This document shows positions 22,851 through 34,771 of a stretch of DNA of 64,000 nt, one piece after another (positions within the stretch are counted from its first letter, which is position 1; every line of letters begins with the position of its first letter). The stretch is from NCBI GenBank assembly GCA_001179505.1, contig CDMY01000553.1:62001-126000 (forward strand). The letters run 5' to 3'. The DNA is from Vitrella brassicaformis CCMP3155 (taxonomy: Eukaryota > Protista > Chromerida). A program made the position numbers and the translations under genes. Under the pieces are notes generated by a model that saw only the letters and a program-made list of their open reading frames with translations, ran no database searches and had not been told where the DNA came from.

Positions 22851-25800
22851 CTATAGCACGGGACGGACAGGCATGCGGGCATTTTAAGCATGTCTGAGTC
22901 TGTCTGTCGTTGTGAGGGAGTCAGGGAGGGAGGGAGGGGGTGGGGGTGGGGCTGGTGCGGGTGGTCAATCAGTGGTGTATATAGCCGACCGAGACATGGT
23001 GTGGTGTGGTGTGGTGTGTACTAGCGAAGGTGTAAGGGAGGATGGCTGGATGGCTGTTTGTTTGTCTGTTTGTGGTGTGTGCATAACAAACATACGCACA
23101 CACACACACACACACACATTCTCGGAGCGCGGTAGCTTGTGTGTCTCTGTGTGTGTGTATGTCTGTTTGTCGGTTGGTGGGTCCTGTATGCCTATGATTG
23201 ATCGATCTATTGCGGCCTGAGGAGCGTCGTGCTGTGTTGTGTGGACCGATGTCGATTTTTCCGAGACGTATCTACTTGCTTGCTGGCTTGCTTGCTTATT
23301 ATACTGCCTGAATGCATGTGTATGGCTGATATATGCGATGCGTCCATATCTATCTATCCATCCACATGATGTGTCCGTCCATCTTGGTGTGTGCTGTGCA
23401 ATGTCGTGCCTGCTCGCCTTGCTCTTGGTAGCCAGCCCCACTTGGCGTGCTGCTCAGGTCTCACAGGTAAAAGCTCTTCCACCACTCACTCTCTCTCTCT
23501 CTCTGTCTCTCTCTCTCTCGGTGTCGGCCCTTGCTCACTCTCTCCCTCTCGGTGTCGTGCTGGTCTCTCGGCCGTTTGTCGTTGGCTCTAGGGCGTGGCG
23601 TGTGCGCGTGGTGTTCGTGTGCTTGCTGGCGCAGTGGATGGACCTCTGTTTTGCTCTTCGGAGGACTTTTGTTGCATTCATGAGACTCAATCGCTTGCTC
23701 ACTCACTAACTCACTCACTCACCCACTAACTCACTCACTGACTCACTGACGCACTGGTGCATCCATTCACTCACCATTATTCAACCGATTTACTGGATCG
23801 GCTCGGTCTTTGGTAGCTATAGCTTGCCCGACACACACGCGATCTGACACACACACATACACACAGACAGACAGACAGACAGACAACCTGGCTGGCTAAT
23901 GCTTGTACCAATTGAGAGAGGCACACAGACAGACAGGGAGGGAGGGCGGCAGACCGGCATAGCTGCAACTTGAGGGAGAGCGAGCAGACTGGAGATTGGT
24001 TAGGTAGGTAGGTACATGCATTGTTATGTGCAGAAGCCACCCATGTATGTACCTCTGACGTACATACGTATTGTGTACGCGTGCATGTGTGTGCGTGTGT
24101 GTGTGTGTTGCCGTTGCGCTGCGTTTTGTAAGTGCGCCATCTCATGCTGTGGTGCCGTGTCGTCTCATGCTGTACGTGCCCATGCCGTGCCACCCACCAC
24201 CCGCCCACCCATTGGTGTCCTGTGTGTGTGTGCTGGTGTGTTTTGTGGTTCTTTTGCAGTCAATGTTTGTCCGTCTTTCTCTCTCTCTCTCTCTCTCTGC
24301 ATATGTGTGTGTGTGTGTGTGTGTACAGCTAGCTAATGTGACCTGCATGCGCCCGCTTGTGTGTGTTGTGCGGGCTCAGCAAGCGACAGCCAGGACACAA
24401 TGATGGTGGTGGTGGTGGTAGTGAATGGAGGACAGGGCAACCTGGTATGTAAGGAGACTCACTCACTCATGGACAGACAGACAGACAGACAGACGGCACG
24501 AGTAGAAACGTCGATTGGTCGCCTACACACACGCACCGACATCCGTATTGTGACAAGCGCCTCGTGCTACGTCCATCCATGGCCTGGTTGTTCTGTTTGC
24601 GCACATTGAGCTGGAAATTTGCCGTCTGCTCGGCTGAATCTGCGGCTCGGTGTGGCTGAGAGAATACACAGGTCATGAATGATGACATACACGACACGAC
24701 GAGGCGAGTATAACTGACTGACTGACTGACTGACTATCTGTCTGGGGGGAGCTTTCCCTCGAGAAGCCGGGCGTTTCGTGTCTGTGAAATCTGGGTGTGC
24801 AGCGGGGCGGATAACACCAAGGGCAGCAGCGAGCACCTGTTTGTCCGTTGTGTTCTCCATCTGCGGCGCACCCAGACATCTGCAGACAGAGACTGCCTGG
24901 CACATGGTGCGAGTGCGTATGGGTGCACATATATATACGGGCCTTCCACAACAATGGCCGTGGTAGCCTGACTGACTGACTGACTGACTGTTTTTGTGTG
25001 TGGATGGAAGATGGAGTGTTGTGGCTGTTGCGTGCCTGTCTGTGTGTCTGTCGATCTCTCTACGGACGATACTTTATTGGTCTGGATGGCTGGCTGGCTA
25101 GGTGCTTGGTTGGGTGGTTGGGTGGATGCTGGTGCCCGCATGTGGGCTGTTTGTGGACGGTGTGCTGAGGTGTGGTGTCGTGTGCTATGGTGTGCATTCA
25201 TCTATCTACCTATCCATCGCCTGTTGCTTCCCTACTTGCTCTCTCTGTGTCCCTGCATCTCATCTGTCTTGTGTGTGTGTGTGTAGGTAGGTAGGGTTTA
25301 TGAGCCTATATTGGTCTGTCCGTGCGTGTGTCAGGTTGATTGGTTGATTGCATTGGATTGGATTGCATCCGGGGGAAGGATGATCGATATCGATGTGTAC
25401 ACATAGATGCGTACATACATGCATACATACATACATAATGCATACCTGCATATACACACTGACTAATGTATACGTATACGTGGTGTGCATGTCACTGCCT
25501 GCCTGCCTGCCTACTGCTAGCGGCGCAGATCAGATCATGCGATGCGATCGATGGCGCCTGTTTTTGAGACTACACTGGCTCACTCACTCACTCACTTACA
25601 CACTGACTCCCGCAACGAATGCGACGAATGCGATCGATGCTTTGATAACGATGTGACCCGAAGACACACACACACACACACACGATCGCGATCGGTCCCC
25701 CAGAACATCCATGTATCTGTCTCCCCGCCTTCCGGTGCGTCTTATCTGTTCACGCGTGTGTGTCCATGTGTGTGTGTGTGTGTGTGTGCGTTGCGGCGCT

Positions 25801-26430
25801 GGGCTGGCTTGCTGGTGGCCGGCTCGGTGGCGCTGCTGTGAATTAAGTCATGGTGTGCTTGGGGTCTGCCTGCCTCTGTGCGCGTGTGTATGTGTGTGTG
25901 TGCGTGTGCATAGATACATGATACATCTGTGGTCCGCCTCGCCTCGCCTTCAGGCGTGTGCAGAGCGCATTACTGAGCTTGTCCATCCACCGACCGGCCG
26001 ACCGCATCATGCACGCAATCACATTGGTTGTTGTTTGCTCCCGTATGGCTCACTCACTCAGTGCCTGCCTGCCTGCCTGTGTGCATGTCCTGTGCCGTGT
26101 CTCTCTGTGTGTCTGTGTGTGTACAGAAGGTCGTCTTCACACATTGTGCGATGTACCGTGACCACTCACTCTTCCTGGCTGTCTGTCTGCGTGTCGTTGA
26201 CATCTCTTCTAGTGCATGCAATGCATGGATGGATGGATGCTGCTGCTGCTGCTCATCTGTATGATGCCACGGACAGGACACACACACACAGCGGTGTCCA
26301 TCCATCACTCTAAACCATCGTTCGATCGCTGTGACAGTCACGATTCGCGAGCTTACAATTCGACCTGAGAACGAAAAAGAAACGAGCGACAGAAGAAGAG
26401 AGAACGTCCAACGTGCGGAACGAGAACGGC

Positions 26431-27763
26431 ATGGCATCATCGCCACCTCCCCCATCTCCCCTCGACGGCGGGATCTACACCGAATACCACCAAGCCCCAC
26501 CATCGGGTGGTCAGGAGTCCCCCCGCATCCGTGAGCTGGAGGCCCGCAACAACGTGCTGCAGCAGACCATCGCCTACCTCGAACAAGCACTCGCGAAGTC
26601 CGAGTCATCCGTGGAAGAAACCATCAGTCGCCTTCAAAAAACACAGGTGTGAGAAACACACAGAGGGGGTGACGCAATTCTCATGTGTTTGGTCGGCCCA
26701 CGCACAGGAAGAACTCCAGAGCCCATCGGCGTTGCCCGCTCTGCCAACCATCAACGAAGACGAGCACGCCCGAACTGCTGAAGGCGACAGAGGAAGAGGG
26801 CCCTTGCCGACCCTCCAACTTGCTACAGACGGGCTCCTGGCGCACATCCGTGATCTCCAGCGGGCCCTCGAGAGCTCTGAGAGCATCTGTGAAAGCCAGG
26901 CGGCCACCATATATCAGCTGCGGCAGGAAAACACCATGCTACGCAACCGTCGAAGTACACAAGTGCGCAAAGAGGAAGGCAGGAGATAAGATGAGGAGGC
27001 ATGGCGATATTCATTACATTGTCTTCTGGTCTGCGTGGGCAGGAGGGATCAGGTCCCGTCGGCCAGCTGGGACCAAGAGAGGAGGGCGATAATGCTATGT
27101 CAGCTGAGAGAGCGGGCCGGTCATTGGAGCGTAGGCGCTCCTCTCGTCGCCTGCCGATGGCCAAAGAGATGGGCGTCCTGCAGTCCCCCCTGGACGAGTC
27201 CCCAGCGCCATCATCTCGGCATGCCATCGCCACACACACAGCACAGCCCCCTCAGCCAGCTTTCACGATTCCGCGAGATTCCTACCATACGGTGACGCCA
27301 CCCGTCACCAGGACCGTCATGCCGCCCGCACAGCCGATGAGCGCGGCGCCAACGCAGACACAGGTGGGACAGGCAAGGATGAGAACGACATGTCTTTTGC
27401 TGTTTGTCTCACTCTGCGAGTCATGCAGGCCGTGTCTCGCATCATCCTATTGCCGCGGCCGATGCTGGCTCGGTCAGCTCTGATGCCCCGATATGCCGTC
27501 CGCCAGCAGGGCGACCGTCCCGCTGTTTTTGTTGCGCGAAGCAACATTCATCCAGTGCAGCGACTGGCCAACTGGCCGCCCACCGTCATCCATCCAAATC
27601 ACAGAGCACTCATCGACCAGTGCAGCAATCCGAGGGGGCCAATGCAGCGACTGATGCGAAGAGCACCCGGTGAGCTTAAGGAGGATAAAGAGGATAAATA
27701 TGGCCGTGGTTGTGCTCGTTTGTGTGTTGCTGTTTTTTCCCAGGGAACAAAAAGAGCTGCTGA
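26431..27763 (+). CDS. Hypothetical coiled-coil protein
   Basis: Exons starting MASSPPPSPL..., with heptad-like segments RIRELEARNNVLQQTIAYLEQALAKSE and LLAHIRDLQRALESSE..IYQLRQENTML. Last exon 27744-27763 (GNKKSC*). Confidence 0.65.
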
Positions 27764-28301
27764 AGACATTCATTGGGTCAGGGACGGCTGCTCGTCCTGT
27801 TCACTCTTGAGTGCGCCACCCAGGACGTCAGGCGACACCTTGGATGTGACACAAGCGGCGAGCATGAGGCCAGCCAAAGGGGGGAGGGAGAGGGAGCGAG
27901 AGGGCGAGGGCGAGGTCAGCATCCTTCCTATGGCAATAAGGAAGACATCAGTGGAGAGGCGTCTGGACCAGCAGAGAGGATCCTCAGAGGATCTCCTTTG
28001 TTTACTGCTGACTTACTGAGGAGTAAGCCACTGCTTAACGCTAGGTTTGCGGAAGACATGAGCGTGCGCGTCAGACATTGAAACAATATGTAATGGTGTT
28101 GCTTGAATATTCAGCCTTCTCCGAAATGAAAGTGTTTCTCGCTTGTGTCACGCAAGTATGCCGTCCGTCTCGTACACACATGCATGTATACGCATGTATG
28201 TGTGAGGATTGAATCACGGTATGGGTGGATGGATCGCATATATGGCAAACGCAAAAGGACCCGATTCCCCCGGCCTTGCCCTCCCACCGACTGTCTATCA
28301 T

Positions 28302-28733
28302 TCACTGCTCGGTGCGGCGGTTTCTGGCTTTGGACAACAGGAGCTTGTTGTGACCCCGTTTGGCCAAGAATGAGGTTTCCATCGGCTCAGCCTCGCCCTC
28401 ATGCCAAGGGGATGTGACCAGCGACTCGTGGCACACGGGGAAATGTGGCTGGTAGCAGTTGGTGAAGTCGTGGTGGGCTGGGTCGAAAGAAGAGTGGTTG
28501 TATTCCTGCCACTTTGCCACCAACTCCTTGCCAATGGGGCACCGAACGTCGCTTATCTTGTCTGCATTGACTCACCCACCCACACAACCACACAGGCGCA
28601 TGGCGAAGACATATGCCACCTCCCCACTACCACACACACACACCTGTGAGCAGGCCGAGCAGGCCATAGTGTAGTTCCGCTATGGTGCTGAAGAGCATAC
28701 CGTCCTGAGCGAATGACACACACAGACGCGCAA

Positions 28734-28766
<33 letters not shown>

Positions 28767-29799
28767 ATATGGTGAGGTGGCCGGCCACTTGGATGTTGTT
28801 CGGCCTCTCTCAATGACCGCGGCAGCCCACCAGGCTCATGGCGGACTCAACCTGCCCCTTGAACTTTTTGATGGGAAAGTAGTTGGGGGGCTGGCAACGG
28901 CCGTACTTCTTGCTGCAGATAAAGAGACACGGTACACATACACTCGCACCAGCCACTGTTTGGTGATTTGATCTGATCTTCAGACTAACTTGTCGTCCAG
29001 AAGGATGGCGTGAGAGACGTCTCCTCTGGTGGGCAGCCCGGGGTAGCCGACGTCCTTCTGCTTGGAGGGTGTCGCCTTCTTAGTGTCTCTGTAGAACCTG
29101 CACACAATACATACACGCACGTTCACGCGTGCGTGGGTGGACGGATGGATGCGTTGGTGTTGTGGATGGAGAAAGCCGAATCCCTCTCCTCCATCCGTGT
29201 CTTGTCACAGATGCAAATACATACGCACGTACCGGTCCAGGAATAGTCTCTCGCCAGCCAGCTCCTCGATTTTGTCGACGGCGGGATCAGCGTGCTGCAT
29301 TCATTGGAGGCAAGGGAGGCACGAGAATAGATGATGCGTCTGTCGTACAAACATAGATCTACTTCTCACCACGGGCATTGCGGCGGTCCAGATGTACATT
29401 TTTACGCCCAGGCTCTTCACTTTCTTCAAGAAGGGCACCACATGATGGCGGAGGAGGGTGTGGCGGTCCTCGTCCGCATAATAGGGATGGGGGAAGTGCA
29501 AGATCCCGCCCTCAATCCTCTCATTGGAGTCATCTCGGGCGTAGATGAGGGTTTCGTCAACTGCACCGTCGCACCACACCACATCATATGGATGGAGCAG
29601 ACGAAGATATGGCCGCCATCTCAGCCCTGCTCTTACCGTCGACGTACATCGTCAGGCCTGCAGACAAAGACCGACCCACACGGAATGCATCAAATATGTC
29701 GCTATCTGTCGGTGCAGTGGGCAGATCTGCCGTGCGGTGGCCACCCACCTTCGGTTGTGGTGGCATTGGTAGTGTGGGCATGAACGGATCTGACGGCAT
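28302..29799 (-). CDS. FCP1/SCP/NIF-family HAD phosphatase-like protein, 8-exon model; start codon uncertain
   Basis: Spliced protein contains LTMYVDVDETLIY (DxDxT motif I), YIWTAA (motif II), RFYRD..QKDV and DVSHAILLDDN (motif IV), as in NIF-domain phosphatases. Confidence 0.82.
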
Positions 29800-30282
29800 C
29801 GGATGGCTTGGCGTCGAATGGCTTGGCGGAGAGGCAAACGAGGAGGAGAGAAAGGAGGGAGATGAAACGAAACATGATGCTGATGAAGGATGGATGGATG
29901 GATGGATTGGGGAGGAACGGGAACCGGGTGAGGGAAAAGCCTTTGGCGCGCACGCGCTTGTATCTTCTTTGTATCCATCTTTGTATCTTCTTTGGCCAGG
30001 AAAAGAAGGGAGAAAGGAGAGGAGGCAAGACAAAGACGCAATGATAAAAGACAAAGGATGGGAGGAGGGGCGTGTGTACGTTGAGTCTTTTTGTGAACGA
30101 GTCTTTGTGTCTTGTGCAATGAATACCGACATGGAATGGATGGATGGATAAATGGATGGATAAATGGATGGGTGGGTGCGTGGTTGGGCGACTTGTCGGT
30201 CGTTTCGATGGGAAATGGAGGGGCGGTCATTCCGTTTACAAACTAATCGGCACCTGCCAGCACCAATTGCATCTCAACGCAT

Positions 30283-33093
30283 ATGGGGCGTGCGCAGGGG
30301 GACGCCGAGCGCATCCTTGTTGTTCTCGGCCAATTGAGGGGTCTCGCACAGACGGTTGGTGACGATGCCACGGCAGCCGTCCAGAGGAAGGGCAGAATCG
30401 GACGCGAGAAAGCCGAGGAGTGCTGGGAACGAGTGCTGGCCGCCGGCAAGGATGTGCACCAGATGGCCAAAGCGGTGGACGCCTTCGAAAAGTCGATGGC
30501 GCTGGGCCTCATGGGCAAGCCGCTGCCGTCAGACAAGAGCCTGCTCATCGCAGAGGAGACCCGACGGCCGGTGAGAATGGGAGAGATTCGTATGCCCACT
30601 GTACAAACCTGTTTGGAGCTGCTTCACGGCAGGTGATGGTCTCAAGCTCACGTGGTGGTGCCAGGAACAAGCGTGCGGCTGATGGTGATGTGGCGGACCA
30701 CGATGTGGCCGAGATGGCAGTGCGCAAACACAACAAAAAGGGTGAGAGCGTGCGCGGCCAGACAGTCCGGCAGGCAGCCATCGTTGTTGTGCATGTTCCC
30801 GTCCGCTTGTGACAGGTAGTGATAAGGGAGGTACCAGTGGCAGCTCGATGGCCTGCGACGAGCCTGCCGATGTACACATGAGCCCAACTGACGGTATGCC
30901 CAGAACACGCCTCTGACACGTACAAGATGTGTGTGCGGATCCTTGGAATGCATTGCAATGGATATATGTGTGTGTGTCACTTTGCCAGGTGGAGGTGTGT
31001 TGGATGAGTATCCGCCCGTGGGAGCAGTAGCGCATTTGCGTGAAGTGTGGGAGAAGAGGGACCACCAGTACTGCAAGCCGCCCTCTGTACACGACCTCCG
31101 ACTCCAAGGAAAGCTCTCGCCAGGTCAATCAGGGAAAGGGTGAAAAGAGTGAAGGGAAGAACCATGCAATCAATGCACACAAATGAGCTGTCTTCCATTC
31201 ATGTGTGTGTGTATGCACTGTGCAGCTGCCGTAGAGAAGAAGTTGTCGTCCGTGCCCCTCCCCCTCTGCCCCTCCGGCCCCCACACACCCCACTTCGGCC
31301 GCTATCCACACCCACCCCACAGCCGCAAGGCATCGCAGCAGCAGCAGCAGCAGCAGCAACACGGGCATGACGCTCAGGGCGGTGGGGGTGTTGGTGGTGA
31401 TGGAATGGACGGACACGTCATTCTGCGGGGCATGAAACAGCTGGGGCAGCAAGAGGGTGAGAACAATGCGGGCTTCAGGGAGGGAAGGAGGGTACACATC
31501 TTCTTTGTGTGCTTTGTATGTCACACGTGCAGGTGTGTCTCCTGATGGTGATGCTAAGGCGCTGTTGTTCCGTGTGGGAAGAGGTGACATGTATCAGTTC
31601 AACGGCCGCGTGACACCATCTGCGCCGCAGCGTGTGCGTGTGCCGCAGCTGCAGCTCGGCATGAATGGGGGGGCCGTCAAGGGTACGCATACACACCGCA
31701 ATGCACCCACACACACACACAAGGAGGCCATGGATGGATGGATGGATGTGTGTGGCATGATCCATCAGGTTTGGGTCAGTTGATAGGCGTATCGCGTCAG
31801 TGTGTGAGGGCAGAGGAGGACATGTACGACGAGGTGGTGGTGCACGACGATGAGGACGAGATCTACGCCAGACCGTACGATAGCGAAATACTCGACCTCG
31901 ACCAGCAACACGACAACAATACCAACAACAATAAGGTCAGTTCTCTCTCCCTACAGCCTCCACTTCACACCCACCCATGCCCACAGACATGTCTCTCTCC
32001 CTCCACCTCTCTCTCCCTCCACAGGCCAGCGATGCCCCCTGCTTCAGCCCGCGTGTGATGGACAACAACAGCATTCATTCGTCCTCCCCGCCCCCTTGCC
32101 AGCAGGCCGCGTCGAGCGTCATGACGTCCCCCCGGTCGCCCCGCTGCAAGCGCAACATGAAGCCCATAGGCCCCAAGCGAGAGGAGGACCAATACGAGGT
32201 CACCGACAATGAAGGGTGGGCGGGGTGGAGTGGGTCGCCACACCGCATGAGGGACTGGGAGGTGTGCTGATGGTGTGCTGTGTCTTGGCATGGCTCCCAT
32301 ACACACAGGCAGCGCTGGGAGCGCCTTGACGAGAAGGAGTCGGAGCCACCCAAATACGTCCCACGGTGGTAGGCGCAATGGCTGAGGGTGGTTTTGGTAC
32401 AAAATGCGAGCAGGCACGGTGTCTGTGTGTGGTCAGGGCTGTGAAGGGCAAGTGGAGAGTGTCTGCGTTGTCTCAGCTAGATTGGGACCCCGACTCCATT
32501 TTCGGGATCGGACTGCCACGCATCAACCTCAGAGGTCAGCCACAGACAAACACCAGATAATTGTCTCCACCCATTCTTGTCCCTCTCTCTCTCTCTCTCT
32601 CTCTCTGTCTGTCCCCCAGCCATGTTTTCGAGTCACGAGGAGCTGTTCAAGAGCCTGCTGCGTGAGCACCCTGCCGACCGCCCCAGACGCTCATCTGCCG
32701 TGTGGATCGGCATGGACAAGTACAATGCACTCACACACACACACACACACACACAATGCAGAGATCGGCAGTACGTTGTTGGGCTGTGTGCCATCCATCG
32801 TGTCTCTCTCTCCTCCGTCTGACTGGTGTGACTGTGTCTGTCAGGTTAACCATTGATGAGGTGCGTTGCTACCGCGAGCGGACGCGGCACGTCAAGGACA
32901 TGTCGCACCTCGTGCAGGGGGGAGACCTACCGGTGCGCATGTGCACACAGAGAGAGAGAGAGATAAACAGGGGACGTTCATGTGTGCGGTGTTGTCGGTG
33001 GTGTCCATCCAGTCTGTGGCTGAGGGTCCGTCTGGTGGTGGGCTGGGCGGCAATGGTGTGTCTGCGGCCGTGGCTGTGGGACACCGCGGGTAG
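30283..33093 (+). CDS. INCENP: INCENP/Sli15-like chromosomal passenger protein with a C-terminal IN-box (Aurora kinase-binding)
   Basis: Last exons give DQYEVTDNE..EPPKYVPRW/AVKGKWRVSALSQLDWDPDSIFGIGLPRINLR/AMF..RPRRSSAVWIGMDK/LTIDEVRCYR. This matches the IN-box pattern P.W....L..Q..DPD.IFG...L..IF...R.SSA.W..D.LT..E...Y. The N-terminus is helical/low-complexity. Confidence 0.75.
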
Positions 33094-34286
33094 CCAGGTC
33101 TGGGGCTGGCGGTTTGAGTAAGTGGGTGGATAAGTGGGGGAGAGGGAGAGGGATTGCTTATGTGTACCTTAATGGACGGATGGATGGATGGACCATCCTC
33201 TCTTTGATGAGAGACATTGATTCACTGTGTGTCGTCAAAACTCTTTTTGATACGCCGATCCGTTCAAACTGGCAGTCCGCAGCTCCCATTGCATGCACTT
33301 GTATGCGTATCGGCCATTGGGACTAAAGAACACCATCTTCACTAGCCAGAGACAAACGTCACGCATCTGTGCGAGGCAAAAACGGTGCGTACAAAGGGAT
33401 CAAACATGGGATGGATTGGGGAGAAAAAGGCCCGGCCAGGTGAGACAAGGCGACACAAATGAGCGCGACAGCCAAGGGAGAGGAATGATTAGGCAACCAG
33501 CTTAGCTTGTTGGAAAAATGATCCACACAGGCGAGGAACGACCGACGACAGCACTCGCACTCGGGCCGCTTGTCGACAAAAGAAACGAGTGGATACGATA
33601 ACGATACACGTCACTCAGGGGGATGGATGGATGGATGGAAAACACTTACGCAGAGGAGCTAGCCATGTGTTGCCCTCCATCATCACCCATGCGACAGACA
33701 CCTCGGATCTCATGAATGCTCCAGCAGTGAGTGAACTGAGCGCCGTGGTGCCACACCGGCGAGGACGGCCGGCAATCAACCACACGACGCGCAGCAAGAA
33801 GATACATTAGCGAGTCGATACCGTGGATGCGGTCTACACATGTTCTTATGCAAACAAAGGCGACGTGAGTGATGGTTCTCGTCTTTTCCCGTCTGCTCTT
33901 GGAGCGGCCCTCCAGGCTCACTTCATCTGACTCAGCCCGGCAGACAGAGAGAGAGCCGTGGAAAAGCCGCAGTGTAAGCAGGCGCAAGAAAGACAGAGGG
34001 ACGTCATTCACCAAAGACGGATAGCACACGCACACAGCGAAAAACGGAAGGTTCCATACATTGATTCACAAACATGGAGGGGACCACCCCGAGCAGTCAG
34101 ACCCCTGCATCATCATCCATCCACACTTACACACACTGCACCCCGCTTACACATGCAATGCAATGCACGTCCACCCACCGCCCTCAGCATTGCTTGCTTG
34201 CTCAGGCAGGCAAAACATCCCAGTCAACACCTAGGCAAGGCCCCATCAATCCCTCCCCCCTCTCTCTCTCTCCCTCTACGGCCAGC

Positions 34287-34734
34287 CTACCACTCATCAC
34301 CGCCACTGCCCGGCTCCCACTCGCCATCATCGGCGTCACCACCATCGGCCTCAGGCCCATCAGCAGCCTCATCCTGCCCGCCCTCTCCCACTTCGTCGCT
34401 CTCGTCCCCCTCTCCGCCATCCCCACCATTCTCGTCATTCTCATTGCTGCCGCTCTCCCCCTCTTCCATGGAGTCAGATGAGGCCTCCGCCTCTTCTTGC
34501 TGTTGCTGCTGCTCAGTTCGGTCTTGGATGCGCAGCGAGCGGCGAGGCGGGCTGCACACAGACAGACAGACAGACAGACAGACAGGTGAACCACAACAGG
34601 ATGGGTGGGTGGATGGATGTGGCCCGGTGTGTGTCCGTCCATACGTTGGCATATCGCGACGTGCCATCAGACGAGTGAAGAGATTACCACCGCGCCCAAG
34701 ACTGCATCACAATAGAACGACCCACAAACACACA

Positions 34735-34771
<37 letters not shown>

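Noticed and set aside
23697-23756. Regularly spaced CTCA/CTAA units resembling an array
   Set aside because: A degenerate tetranucleotide microsatellite with no unique spacers, so not CRISPR-like; the genome is eukaryotic and has no cas genes here.
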